The notes: a model not told the origin generated them from the sequence alone. 64,000 nucleotides of DNA from an uncultured Acidobacteriota bacterium (GCA_963704575.1 OY969918.1:3479122-3543121), one strand, 5' to 3'. Shown: positions 28,427-37,684, numbered from the stretch's first letter. A program made the numbers and translations.

Positions 28427-29736
28427 CGGACGTCTCGCTGCTCACGCTCTTCGCCGTGGTCGCCGGCTTCGTCCTCTTCAACGGCCTCTTCGTCGCCGCG
28501 GAGTTCGCACTCATCGGCGCGCCGCGTCCGGCGATTGCCCACAGCGCGTCGAAGGGCGACTCGGTCGCGCGCCGGCTGCTTGCGATCCTGCGCTCACCGG
28601 CGAGCCAGGAGCGTTACATTGCCACCGCGCAGATCGGCATCACGATCGCGAGTCTCGGCCTGGGAATGTATGGCGAGCACGGCCTCGCCCTATGGCTCGG
28701 CCGGCACGTGGACGGAGAGGGCTTCGTGCACACGCTCGTCGAGCACGGGCTCGCGGGCGTGATCGCCGTCACGTTCCTCACGTTCGTACACATCGTCGCG
28801 GGCGAAATGGTGCCGAAGAGCCTGGCGCTGCAACGAACGCAGGCCGTTTCGCGAATCGTGTACTGGCCGATGCGGTTGATGTTCTTCGTGATGTACCCGC
28901 TCATCGCCGCGCTCAACGCGACGGCGCGCGCGGCGCTGCGGCTGATCGGCCTCAAGCGCCCGGCAGAGTCGCACGGGCTGTCGCACACGCCGGAAGAGCT
29001 GGCGCTCATCGTGGACGAGAGCGCGCGCGGCGGCGCGCTCCGCAAGGAAGCGGGTTACCTGATCCGGGAACTGTTCGGCTTCGCGGATCTGACTGCCGGG
29101 CAGGTGATGGTGCCGCGCGTGCGCGTCACCGGCATTCCTGTCGGAGCATCACCGGCCGACATCCGCGAGCTGCTCACGAAACATCGGCATACGCGGTATC
29201 CGGTGTTCGACGGCGACCTCGATCACATCGTCGGCATGCTGCACGTCAAGGACCTGTTGCGCCGGCTGGTCAACAACGAGCCGGTCGCTGCAGCGGACGT
29301 GCGCCAGATCCCGGTCGTGCCGGAGACGAGCCCGCTCGACGACGTGCTGTCGGTGATCGAGCGCGCGCACGCGCATCTCGCGATCGTGATCGACGAGCAC
29401 GGCGGCACGGCGGGCATCGTCAGCGTCGAAGACCTGCTCGAAGAAGTCGTTGGGGAGATCGACGAAGGCGAGCCGGCAGTGCCGCCACTCGTGCCGGCTC
29501 AGGACGGATCGGTGGCGGCGGCGGGCACCGTGCGGCTCGATGAGCTTGGTCAGGCGCTGAAGGTCGATCTGGAACACGAGGAAGTCGACAGCGTGAGTGG
29601 CCTGGTCCTCGCGCGACTCGGTCGTCCGCCAGTCGTGGGCGACGTCGTGGATTACGGTCGTCTGCGTCTTGCCGTCACGGCGATCTCCGGGCACGGCGTG
29701 AAGACCGTCCGCGCGTCGCTCCTGCCCGCCGAGTAG
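28423..29736 (+). CDS. CNNM/DUF21-CBS-CorC_HlyC hemolysin-family protein
   Basis: Paralogue of the preceding gene with an added C-terminal CorC/HlyC domain. ATGA overlap at 28423-28426. Confidence 0.9.
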   Translation: MTDVSLLTLFAVVAGFVLFNGLFVAAEFALIGAPRPAIAHSASKGDSVARRLLAILRSPASQERYIATAQIGITIASLGLGMYGEHGLALWLGRHVDGEGFVHTLVEHGLAGVIAVTFLTFVHIVAGEMVPKSLALQRTQAVSRIVYWPMRLMFFVMYPLIAALNATARAALRLIGLKRPAESHGLSHTPEELALIVDESARGGALRKEAGYLIRELFGFADLTAGQVMVPRVRVTGIPVGASPADIRELLTKHRHTRYPVFDGDLDHIVGMLHVKDLLRRLVNNEPVAAADVRQIPVVPETSPLDDVLSVIERAHAHLAIVIDEHGGTAGIVSVEDLLEEVVGEIDEGEPAVPPLVPAQDGSVAAAGTVRLDELGQALKVDLEHEEVDSVSGLVLARLGRPPVVGDVVDYGRLRLAVTAISGHGVKTVRASLLPAE

Positions 29737-29758
29737 TCCGGCGCCACCGCCGATTCCG

Positions 29759-30154
29759 CTACGGATGCACTGAATCGAGATCGGGCAGCATGACGATGCC
29801 GTCCTGGTCGTCGGCGGAGGTATGTGCGACGACAGCCAGACACTCGGCGTTCGATCGATTGACGACGAGGTGCGCCGTATCGCTCGGGACGTAGATGTAC
29901 TCACCGGACTTCGCGGTCAGCATCTCGCCCAGACGATCGCCAAAGTACATCGCCGCTTCACCAGAAATCACATACACGGCGGTCTCGATGCCGTGATGCA
30001 GGTGGGTCTTCGCGCGCGCGCCGGGCGGCAACACGACCATCGTCATGCAGATCGCGTGCGAGCCCGCGGTCGTGCCGGTCAGACCCTTGAGGTACGTCAG
30101 GCCCTGTTGTCCCTGATAAGCCTCGCCTGAGCGAATGACTTTGCAGGTCGCCAT
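29759..30154 (-). CDS. cupin domain protein
   Basis: Cupin motifs G…HLHHGIETAVYVISGE … GEYIYVPSDTAH. Confidence 0.8.
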   Translation of the reverse strand: MATCKVIRSGEAYQGQQGLTYLKGLTGTTAGSHAICMTMVVLPPGARAKTHLHHGIETAVYVISGEAAMYFGDRLGEMLTAKSGEYIYVPSDTAHLVVNRSNAECLAVVAHTSADDQDGIVMLPDLDSVHP

Positions 30155-30328
30155 GGGGGCATCCTAGCACTGTGATTTCGGCGTGGAGTTCCGCGAGCGC
30201 CCGACGACCCTGGAGGCCTCGGCCGGGGCCACGCCAGCCACTCCTTGGGCCGCGCGATCGCGACGTCTGTCCTTGACTTGCGACGCGGCTTCGCGGACGA
30301 TGGCGTTCCTCCAGCGACGTGCAGAGCT

Positions 30329-31702
30329 ATGGCCGACGCCGATACCGTTCGCACTCCTGAGCTGAAAAAGCGAATCATCGCGCAGTCTCTCGAGGCGCAG
30401 CTTTCGACGACCGGCGACAAGCCGATCGCGATCATCATCAATCTGCGGGAATCGAAGGTCGATCCCGGCGGGACGCGCCGGACGAACAAAGAGGCGATCA
30501 AGGCGTATCTGGCCGCACTGCCGTCGAAGCCGGCCGTGACCGAGACGGATTTCTACGTCTTCACCGCACTCACCGCCGACGAGATCCGGACGCTGGCCGA
30601 CAAGAACCGCGACACCGTGTTTCAGATCTGGCCCGACGAAACGACATTCGCCCACGTGCTGACATCGAGCGAAACCGTGAAGGCGACGGCGTGCTGGCGA
30701 ACGTTCAACGCCCTCGGCAAGGGCATCACCTGGGCCGTGCTCGATACGGGTATCTCGACCCAGCATCCGCACTTCGTCAACTACGCGACGATCGACACGA
30801 CCCTCAGCCAGAGCTTCTCGACCGAGCTCGACCTCGAGGATCACAACGGCCACGGCACCCACGTGGCCGGCATCATCGCGGGCGCCGCACCGGCGAAGCC
30901 TGACGGCACGAAGTACAAGGCGTCCACCCACGTCAGCGAAGAGGACGACGAGATGGAAGTTGTCGACCTCGACGGGTGTCCGTCAGGGATGGCGCCGCTC
31001 GCGAAGCTCGTCAACCTGAAGGTGCTCGACCGCAGCGGATCCGGCAGCGCGTCGGCGACCATTCGCGCGCTCGAGTACATCCGCAAGACCAACGAAGGCA
31101 GCCGCACGCTGCGCATCGTCGGAGCGAACATCAGTCTGGGCCATCCGTTCGACGTGCGGACGTACGGGTGCGGCCACAGCCCGCTGTGCGAAGAGATCAC
31201 CCGGGCCGTGCGCACCGGCGTCGTCGTCGTGGTGTCGTGCGGCAACTCGGGGTACGGCCGGGCGCGGCTGCTCGGCGGCGAAGAGGTGCAGATCTCGCTC
31301 GGGCAGTCGATCGATGATCCAGCGAATGCCGAGGCGGCGATCTCCGTGGGATCGACGCACAAGAGCGCGCCGTACACGTTCGGCGTATCGTATTTTTCGT
31401 CCAAGGGCCCGACGGCCGACGGACGGATGAAGCCGGATCTGGTTGCGCCTGGCGAACGCGTGATTTCGTGCGCGCTGACGACGGCCGCCGGATTCGAGTA
31501 CGAGGAGCGGAGCGGCACGAGTATGGCCGCGCCGCACGTGTCTGGTGCGATCGCGGCGTTCATCTCCGTGCACAAGGAATTCATCGGCCAGCCCGAACGC
31601 GTCAAGGACCTGTTCAAGAAGACCGCGAGTTCACTCGATCGGGCGCCGGCCTTCCAGGGCGCGGGCATGATCGATCTGATGCGCGCACTCACGTCGGTGT
31701 AG
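30329..31702 (+). CDS. S8 family (subtilisin-like) serine peptidase, no signal peptide
   Basis: Catalytic triad contexts WAVLDTGI (D), HNGHGTHVAGIIAG (H), SGTSMAAPHVSGAIAAF (S) and oxyanion SCGNSG. The ~130-aa N-terminal region has an I9-propeptide-like pattern. No signal peptide or TM. ATG at 30329. Confidence 0.9.
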   Translation: MADADTVRTPELKKRIIAQSLEAQLSTTGDKPIAIIINLRESKVDPGGTRRTNKEAIKAYLAALPSKPAVTETDFYVFTALTADEIRTLADKNRDTVFQIWPDETTFAHVLTSSETVKATACWRTFNALGKGITWAVLDTGISTQHPHFVNYATIDTTLSQSFSTELDLEDHNGHGTHVAGIIAGAAPAKPDGTKYKASTHVSEEDDEMEVVDLDGCPSGMAPLAKLVNLKVLDRSGSGSASATIRALEYIRKTNEGSRTLRIVGANISLGHPFDVRTYGCGHSPLCEEITRAVRTGVVVVVSCGNSGYGRARLLGGEEVQISLGQSIDDPANAEAAISVGSTHKSAPYTFGVSYFSSKGPTADGRMKPDLVAPGERVISCALTTAAGFEYEERSGTSMAAPHVSGAIAAFISVHKEFIGQPERVKDLFKKTASSLDRAPAFQGAGMIDLMRALTSV

Positions 31703-31716
31703 CCGCGAGGTGGCCC

Positions 31717-33120
31717 ATGGCGAAACGTGCACGACTGAAGGCATTCCGCGATCGTGATCTTTCCTTGTGGCAGTCGGCGGTCGACGAGGTCGCCGCCAAA
31801 CAGCAGGGCCGCGCGCGCACGCTCGATGTCGGCGGCCGTCCCATGCAGTCCGACCGGCCCGATCTCAGCGACGACACGGTGAGCGCGGCCTGGTCGGCCG
31901 CGAACGACGTGAATCATGCCAACACGATAAGCACGGCACCCGTCGATCCGGCCTCCGCGACGCTTGGCGTCGCCGATGTCGCGAAGTTCTGCGCGGCGAC
32001 GGCGCTGCGGCTCGCCCGCGCGCGCGTCAAAGGCGCGCTCACCGGCGACCACACGGACGAACAGAAGTTCCAGGAAGAGCTCGGGACGAAGTTCACGCAG
32101 TGCGATCCGCGCTGGGCCGACTGCGTCGCCGAGTACGTGAAGTTCAAATTGGGCGGCGGCAAGATCCCTTATCGGCCGCCGACCGGACCGCAGTCGTTCG
32201 TCATCGACGGCCGGCTGCCCGCGAACGCGAAGATCGCGATCGTCGGCGACTGGGGCACCGGCGACGACTCGGCGAAGGGCGTGCTCAACCGCATCGCCGC
32301 GCGCCAGCCCGACGTCGTCTTTCATCTCGGCGACGTGTATTACTCGGGCACCGAGCACGAGATGCAGACGTACTTCTATGCGATCTGGCAGAACGCGCTC
32401 GGCATTCCCTCGGTGCCGTGGGGTCAGAAGATGACGGCCGCACAGCTCACGGCGAAGCCGGCGACATTCTCGCTCTCCGGCAATCACGACATGTACTCCG
32501 GCGGCGCGCCGTACTACACCGCCATCGACATGCTCGGTCAGCCGGCGAGCTGCTTCTGCCTGCGCAACGACACGTGGCAGTTCATTGGCCTCGACACCGG
32601 ACTGAACGACGCTCGCCCGGGTGTGGAGACAGTGACCTGCCTCAATCCCGCCGAAGCGACCTGGCTCACGGGCCGTGTGGCCGATACGGGAACGCGCAAG
32701 ACGTTCCTGCTGTCACATCACCAGCTCTACTCCGCGTTCGAGAAGTTCAACGGCGCGAATCTGAATGCGGATCTGTACGCGCAGGTGCAAGACGTCCTCG
32801 CGGCCGTGACGGCGTGGTTCTGGGGTCACGAACACGATCTCACCGTCTACAACAAGTTCCCGGCAACGAAGGGCGTGCTCGGACGCTGCGTCGGCCACGG
32901 CGCGTTCCCGGTGGGCGTCGACGAGGCGCGCACCGCGGATCCGGCGGTGACGTTCAACGCGTCGGGTGTGCTCAAGGCCGACAAAGACGGCGGCCTGTTC
33001 CAGCACGGCTACGCCTGGATGCAGTTGAACGACGCCGCTCGCACGGCGACCGTGCAGTACTTCCAGGTGGACATCGAGGGCGGCGGCGGTGACCAGTTGC
33101 TCGTGACCGAGACGCTCTAA
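31717..33120 (+). CDS. calcineurin-like metallophosphoesterase with unrecognised ~190-aa N-terminal domain
   Basis: Motifs IVGDWGTGDD, HLGDVYYSG, LSGNHDMY, LLSHHQ, WGHEHD. GAGGTG lies 5 nt upstream of the ATG at 31717, and the gene starts 14 nt after the S8 stop. No signal peptide. Confidence 0.85.
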   Translation: MAKRARLKAFRDRDLSLWQSAVDEVAAKQQGRARTLDVGGRPMQSDRPDLSDDTVSAAWSAANDVNHANTISTAPVDPASATLGVADVAKFCAATALRLARARVKGALTGDHTDEQKFQEELGTKFTQCDPRWADCVAEYVKFKLGGGKIPYRPPTGPQSFVIDGRLPANAKIAIVGDWGTGDDSAKGVLNRIAARQPDVVFHLGDVYYSGTEHEMQTYFYAIWQNALGIPSVPWGQKMTAAQLTAKPATFSLSGNHDMYSGGAPYYTAIDMLGQPASCFCLRNDTWQFIGLDTGLNDARPGVETVTCLNPAEATWLTGRVADTGTRKTFLLSHHQLYSAFEKFNGANLNADLYAQVQDVLAAVTAWFWGHEHDLTVYNKFPATKGVLGRCVGHGAFPVGVDEARTADPAVTFNASGVLKADKDGGLFQHGYAWMQLNDAARTATVQYFQVDIEGGGGDQLLVTETL

Positions 33121-33332
33121 GAGCGCGCCGCGCGCTCGAGACACGCGCGGCACAGACAGCCCGTGAAGCGCGCGCGGAGCTGCGCGCGCGCATCGTCGGT
33201 GAGCTTCACCTCGGTGCACCAGCACCCGGCGAGCGTGGCGCCGCCGGTGAAGGGTTCACCGCACGCCGGACACGTCGACGAATCCCGCCATTTCGGGGAC
33301 ACGAGCGCGAGCATCTTGCGGACTGGGCGCAT
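33117..33332 (-). CDS. cysteine-rich CWC family small protein
   Basis: This is the 3' tail of the 692-aa shadow ORF: …CPACGEPFTGGATLAGCWCTEVKLTDDARAQLRARFTGCLCRACLE, the Cys_rich_CWC pattern. An alternative start is at 33314. Confidence 0.6.
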   Translation of the reverse strand: MRPVRKMLALVSPKWRDSSTCPACGEPFTGGATLAGCWCTEVKLTDDARAQLRARFTGCLCRACLERAARS

Positions 33333-33455
33333 TGAGGAAAGACCGCGCCGGCGGCGCGGCCTGCAGAGCATGCTAACACCGCGCCCGCGATCGGCGCGTC
33401 GGCCTGGCAGCTCTGGCGTATCATCTGGGCCACCGCACGAACGCGAGGAGCATTC

Positions 33456-35183
33456 ATGAATCTCCGTGTCGCCATCATGGTGGGCGTAAGTATGGGAGTC
33501 GCCGGCATCAGCGCATTCGAGGATCAAGCCCCTGCCCCGGCCAAGGCGCACGTCGTCGCCGGACGGTCCAAGGTCGCGACGAAGTTCGGCATCGTCGCAG
33601 CCAGCCAGCCGCTCGCCGCGCAGGCCGGCGTGCAGGTGCTCGAACACGGCGGCAACGCGGTCGACGCGGCGATCGCCGCCAACGCGGTGATGGGCCTGGT
33701 CGAGCCGCACTACAACGGCATCGGCGGCGACTTGTTCGTGCAGTACTACGAGGCCAAGACCGGCAAGCTCTACGGCTTGAACGCCGGCGGCTGGGCGCCG
33801 TCCGGTCTCACGCCCGAGTTGCTTCGCGCCAAGGGCAACGCGCGGATGCCGTCGGCCGGCGTGTACACGATCACCGTGCCCGGCGCGGTGAAGGGCTGGG
33901 AGATGCTGCGCGCGCGTTTCGGCTCCATGCCGCTCGCCGACCTGCTCGCTCCGGCAATTTTTTATGCGGACGACGGCTTTCCGGTCACCGATATCATCGC
34001 GGGCGACTGGAACCAGGCGACGCGCAAGCTCGCGGCCGATCCGGCGGCCGCGCACACATTCCTGCCGAACGGACGCGCGCCGAAAGCCGGCGAAGTATTC
34101 AAGAATCCCGACCTCGCCGGCACGCTGCGGCTGATTGCCGAAAAAGGGCCGGCCGGTTTCTACGAGGGCAAGACCGCTGACGCGATCCTCGCCCTCGAGC
34201 GCGAGCACGGTGGAACGATGACGGCCGCGGATCTGAAGGAGTATCAGCCCGAGTGGGTGGATCCGATCTCGACGACCTACCGCGGATGGACGGTGTACGA
34301 GCTGCCGCCGAACACGCAGGGAATCGCTGCGCTCATGATGCTCAACATCATGGAGCAGTTTCCGCTCGGCGAATACGGCCTGACGAGCACGAAGGCGATG
34401 CACGTCATGATCGAGGCGAAGAAGCTCGCCTACGCGGACATGCTGCGATACGTCGCGGATCCGAAATTCGCGAAAGTGCCCGTGCTCCCGATGTTGAGCA
34501 AACCGCAGGGCAAGGCCCGCGCGGACCTGATCAACCCGGCGAAGGCGGCGTGTGACGTCCAGCCGTCGAAGTTCGACGGCCTCACTGATTCTGGCGGCGG
34601 CGACACGATCTATCTCTCCGTGATCGATCGCAACGGCAACATCGTCTCGCTGATCCAGAGTTTGTACTCGTCGTTCGGCAGCGGTCTGGTCGCGCCAGGC
34701 ACGGGCGTGATGCTGCACAACCGCGGCGCGCTCTTCACGATGGAAGACGGCCATCCCAATCAGATCGCGCCGCACAAGCGGCCGCTGCACACGATCATCC
34801 CGGCGTTCATGGAGAACGGCCCGATCAAGATCGGCTTCGGCATCATGGGCGGGTTCAACCAGGCGCAAGCGCACGCGCAGTTCGTTTCGGACATCGTCGA
34901 CTTCGGGCTCGACGTGCAGGAGGCGCTCGAAGTCGGACGATTCACGAAAGGATCGTTTGGCGGCTGCGACGTCGAGATCGAGTCGCTCGTTCCGGAGACG
35001 ACGCGTAAGGAACTCGCGGCCATGGGCCACGAGGTGCGCGTCGTCCAGCCACGATCGGGCACGTTTGGCTACGGCCAGGCAGTGATGAGCGACGGCAACG
35101 GCGTGCACTTCGCGGGATCCGAGCCGCGCCATGACGGCGCCGCGATCCCCGAAGCGCCCAAGGTCTTCAAGGGCGGATCGTAA
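33456..35183 (+). CDS. ggt: gamma-glutamyltransferase
   Basis: Signal peptide, GGNAVDAAIA, GIGGDLF, the autoprocessing site GGGDTIYLSV, and the PLHTIIP…GGFNQAQ motifs. Confidence 0.95.
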   Translation: MNLRVAIMVGVSMGVAGISAFEDQAPAPAKAHVVAGRSKVATKFGIVAASQPLAAQAGVQVLEHGGNAVDAAIAANAVMGLVEPHYNGIGGDLFVQYYEAKTGKLYGLNAGGWAPSGLTPELLRAKGNARMPSAGVYTITVPGAVKGWEMLRARFGSMPLADLLAPAIFYADDGFPVTDIIAGDWNQATRKLAADPAAAHTFLPNGRAPKAGEVFKNPDLAGTLRLIAEKGPAGFYEGKTADAILALEREHGGTMTAADLKEYQPEWVDPISTTYRGWTVYELPPNTQGIAALMMLNIMEQFPLGEYGLTSTKAMHVMIEAKKLAYADMLRYVADPKFAKVPVLPMLSKPQGKARADLINPAKAACDVQPSKFDGLTDSGGGDTIYLSVIDRNGNIVSLIQSLYSSFGSGLVAPGTGVMLHNRGALFTMEDGHPNQIAPHKRPLHTIIPAFMENGPIKIGFGIMGGFNQAQAHAQFVSDIVDFGLDVQEALEVGRFTKGSFGGCDVEIESLVPETTRKELAAMGHEVRVVQPRSGTFGYGQAVMSDGNGVHFAGSEPRHDGAAIPEAPKVFKGGS

Positions 35184-35202
35184 GTTCCCGTACAACGAAA
35201 CA

Positions 35203-35227
35203 CGCCCGGAGCACCGCGCTCCGGGCG
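35203..35227. terminator. bidirectional GC-rich hairpin between convergent genes
   Basis: CGCCCGGAGC-accgc-GCTCCGGGCG: a perfect 10-bp stem lying between the ggt stop and the PEP-CTERM gene stop. No clear T-tract. Confidence 0.45.
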
Positions 35228-35254
35228 TGCAGGTCTGACCGACGCGAACGCGCG

Positions 35255-35833
35255 TTACGCGCGTTTCTGTCCGCGCGAGCGGAGCCGCATCGCGAGACCG
35301 AGGAACCCCGTCCCCACGAGGAGCAGCGACGCCGGCTCGGGCACGGTGCTGATGCCATTGCCCTGCAGGCGGTAGTTGAACGGCGGGGCCGCATTGCTGC
35401 CGAAGTCCGTCACGGCGACGGTGTAGTAGCCGGTGGTCGGCGCCGTGAAGATCACGTGCGGATCGCCAAAGGGACCAGGCAGGTTCGGCGCGTCCTGGTC
35501 GTCACCGAACGCGATGAAGTTCGAGACACCCGTCAGGTTGCCCCCGAACACGCTCGTGTCCGAGAACGTCCCGTTCAGCACGACGAAAGACATGTCGTAC
35601 GAACCGGTCAGACGATCGCCGAACAGATCGACCGTTGCGCCAGCAGTGGCGAAGAATTGCCAGTACTCTGCGCCATCCGGCGTGGCCGGATTGTCGACCG
35701 GCTGCGAGATCGACCCAAACGACGCCACGCCGTTAGCGAGCGTGCCGTCGTACACGATCGGCGTCGCTGACGCCGACCCCACACCCAGAACGAGCACTGC
35801 TGCGGTTGACAGAATTACCGATTTGACCCTCAC
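35255..35833 (-). CDS. PEP-CTERM sorting-domain protein
   Basis: C-terminus VPEPASLLLVGTGFLGLAMRLRSR. Signal peptide after the GTG start (35831-35833), with GGGAG 6 nt upstream. An alternative ATG is at 35863. Confidence 0.75.
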   Translation of the reverse strand: MRVKSVILSTAAVLVLGVGSASATPIVYDGTLANGVASFGSISQPVDNPATPDGAEYWQFFATAGATVDLFGDRLTGSYDMSFVVLNGTFSDTSVFGGNLTGVSNFIAFGDDQDAPNLPGPFGDPHVIFTAPTTGYYTVAVTDFGSNAAPPFNYRLQGNGISTVPEPASLLLVGTGFLGLAMRLRSRGQKRA

Positions 35834-36142
35834 GTCACTCTCCCAGTAAACGGCGGCACACATGTGCCGCAGGCGCTCAGAGTGCAATCGATGCGCCACG
35901 GACCGGGAAATCGGTGACGTGATTGATACAGCCGCAAGCTGCTGCACGCGCGATCGATACGCGTGTTCTTTCAGCTTCGTGGGTCGCCACTTTCGGGAGG
36001 GCGCAGTCAGCGACGGCGAGTTTTCGCGGGCGCTGCGGAACAGATTGATCACTGGTGACACTTTGCCGGGCGCGCGCGTCTGCCGAATGGGCCGCGACGG
36101 AAAAAACTCGTCATCCGCCTTCGTGCGCAAAATTGTCGTTGC

Positions 36143-36802
36143 CTACCCGACGGGCACGCGACTGCGGCCGGCGAGAAGGCGATCGATCCAGACGATCAGC
36201 AGCGCCACGAGCACGAAGCCGACCATGATGCTGCAGGAATTGACGACAACCTGCGGGTATCCGATAGCCGCCGCGTCGATGAACGGGTATGGGTACCAGT
36301 CGACGATCGCGCCGCGCAGGAGCGAGTACGCGAGATAACCGAGCGGAAACGCCAGCCACGCGGGCACGTTCCGCCAGGTGATCTGGCCTTTCTCGACGCA
36401 CCACAGCCAGAAAATGAAATAGAGCACCGGCAGCACGTCGTGCAGCAGCCGGTCGGCCACCAGTTGCGCGCCCATAGGACTCCACAGCGTCCGGAGCACG
36501 ACCGAATGGATGAGGCCGCCGATCGTCGTATAGGTGACGATCGCGCTGCGCACACCCGGCCCGGCGGACCAGATGCCGGCGGGCGCTCGCGGCGACACGA
36601 GCGGTACCGTCAATGTCAGCGCGACCAGCAAGTTCATCAGCACCGTGAAGAAGCTGAAGAACGTCACCGCGTTGGCGATGATCAGTCCGCCGTCGATCGC
36701 GGGATTGACGACGCTCAGCGTGAATTGCAAGCCGAGCGCCACCCACGCGACGAGGGCGACGGCCGCCGCCGCAAAGACCGACACGCCGAGATGATACGGC
36801 AA
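36143..36802 (-). CDS. Pr6Pr-like (FAR-17a/AIG1-like) integral membrane protein
   Basis: Six hydrophobic segments; the N-terminal pattern resembles the Pr6Pr family. Start uncertain (TTG as listed). Confidence 0.5.
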   Translation of the reverse strand: MPYHLGVSVFAAAAVALVAWVALGLQFTLSVVNPAIDGGLIIANAVTFFSFFTVLMNLLVALTLTVPLVSPRAPAGIWSAGPGVRSAIVTYTTIGGLIHSVVLRTLWSPMGAQLVADRLLHDVLPVLYFIFWLWCVEKGQITWRNVPAWLAFPLGYLAYSLLRGAIVDWYPYPFIDAAAIGYPQVVVNSCSIMVGFVLVALLIVWIDRLLAGRSRVPVG

Positions 36803-36844
36803 GTGCCGCGGATGCGGCCCGGGCGCTAGCAGCCTGTGGTGAAA

Positions 36845-37618
36845 CTACTCCGTGGCAAGGTGTTTACCGTAGGCAAGGCGGCCTCGTGTGGCAAGAATGA
36901 GGGCCACGGCCGTGGCGAGTCCACATAACGCCATCACCAATTGGAACGGCATCCGCACGCTCGGCTGGGTGTCGGCAAACAAGCCATTCAGGAATCTCGA
37001 GACCGTATTGAACGTCGCGTGCATGGCGATCGGCGTGATGATGCCGAAGCCAGCCAAGTTCGTACCGTAGGTCAGGATGAGGCTTTGGCCCGTTAACAAG
37101 AGGACGTATATCCAGAGAGGCGAACTGGTCCAGCCCGGGTACAAGAACAGGGGCAAATGCCAACCAGTCCAGAGGAGTCCGAGGAGTAGCGAGCTCCGCA
37201 CGGGTCCGACGGCGGTTTCAAGCCGCGGGAGGGCGTATCCTCTCCAGCCTGGCTCTTCACCGAGCGGGCCGCCGAGGAGGGTCGAATAGTTGTACACCGC
37301 GCCGGAAATCAGGATGCCCCAATGAAGTTTTCGCGGATCAGCGGTCGTGACTCCGGGAAGAACGACGTAGGCGAGGATCATCAGTGCCACGCCGATGGCC
37401 GTCGCACCGAGAGTGCGACGCCATGTCGTATAGATGCGAAGAGCTCGGTAGCTGCCCGTCGTGACTCGATGCGTGACGAGCGCAGCTACGGTCGGTCCAA
37501 TCGCTGCCACGACGATCCACTCTGGTGACGTATGAAAGATCACCATCGGCACGAACACGAGCCACGCCCAACCATAGGCAATCGCGAAAAACAACATTAG
37601 AGAGCGGCTGGTGGACAC
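36845..37618 (-). CDS. CPBP family intramembrane glutamic endopeptidase (CAAX/Abi-type)
   Basis: Motifs GEEPGWRGYALPRL (EExxxR), WTGWHLPLF and AMHATFN. GTG start. Visibly lower GC than the flanks. Confidence 0.8.
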   Translation of the reverse strand: MSTSRSLMLFFAIAYGWAWLVFVPMVIFHTSPEWIVVAAIGPTVAALVTHRVTTGSYRALRIYTTWRRTLGATAIGVALMILAYVVLPGVTTADPRKLHWGILISGAVYNYSTLLGGPLGEEPGWRGYALPRLETAVGPVRSSLLLGLLWTGWHLPLFLYPGWTSSPLWIYVLLLTGQSLILTYGTNLAGFGIITPIAMHATFNTVSRFLNGLFADTQPSVRMPFQLVMALCGLATAVALILATRGRLAYGKHLATE

Positions 37619-37684
37619 GAGCGGCGTCGATTGTAATTGGATTCAACCGGTCCGCGAAAGGAACATCCGTACTACACGTTGCCC

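Noticed and set aside
27395-29736. Tandem CNNM/DUF21-CBS genes as a possible unusual duplication
   Set aside because: Tandem paralogous CorC/TlyC-type genes with an ATGA overlap are a common arrangement. Nothing atypical was seen.
30841-32487. 548-aa minus-strand ORF and the 441-aa alternative plus frame (31767-33092) across the S8/phosphoesterase pair
   Set aside because: Both overlap two ORFs that carry complete catalytic motif sets. Their translations are Arg-rich and motif-free, so they are treated as shadow frames.
33333-35195. Upstream ~620 codons of the 692-aa minus-strand ORF, antisense to ggt
   Set aside because: It lies entirely opposite a confidently identified gamma-glutamyltransferase. 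The translation is Arg/Asp/His-rich low-complexity sequence typical of GC-rich shadow frames. Only the 3' tail outside ggt (the Cys-rich CWC gene) was kept.
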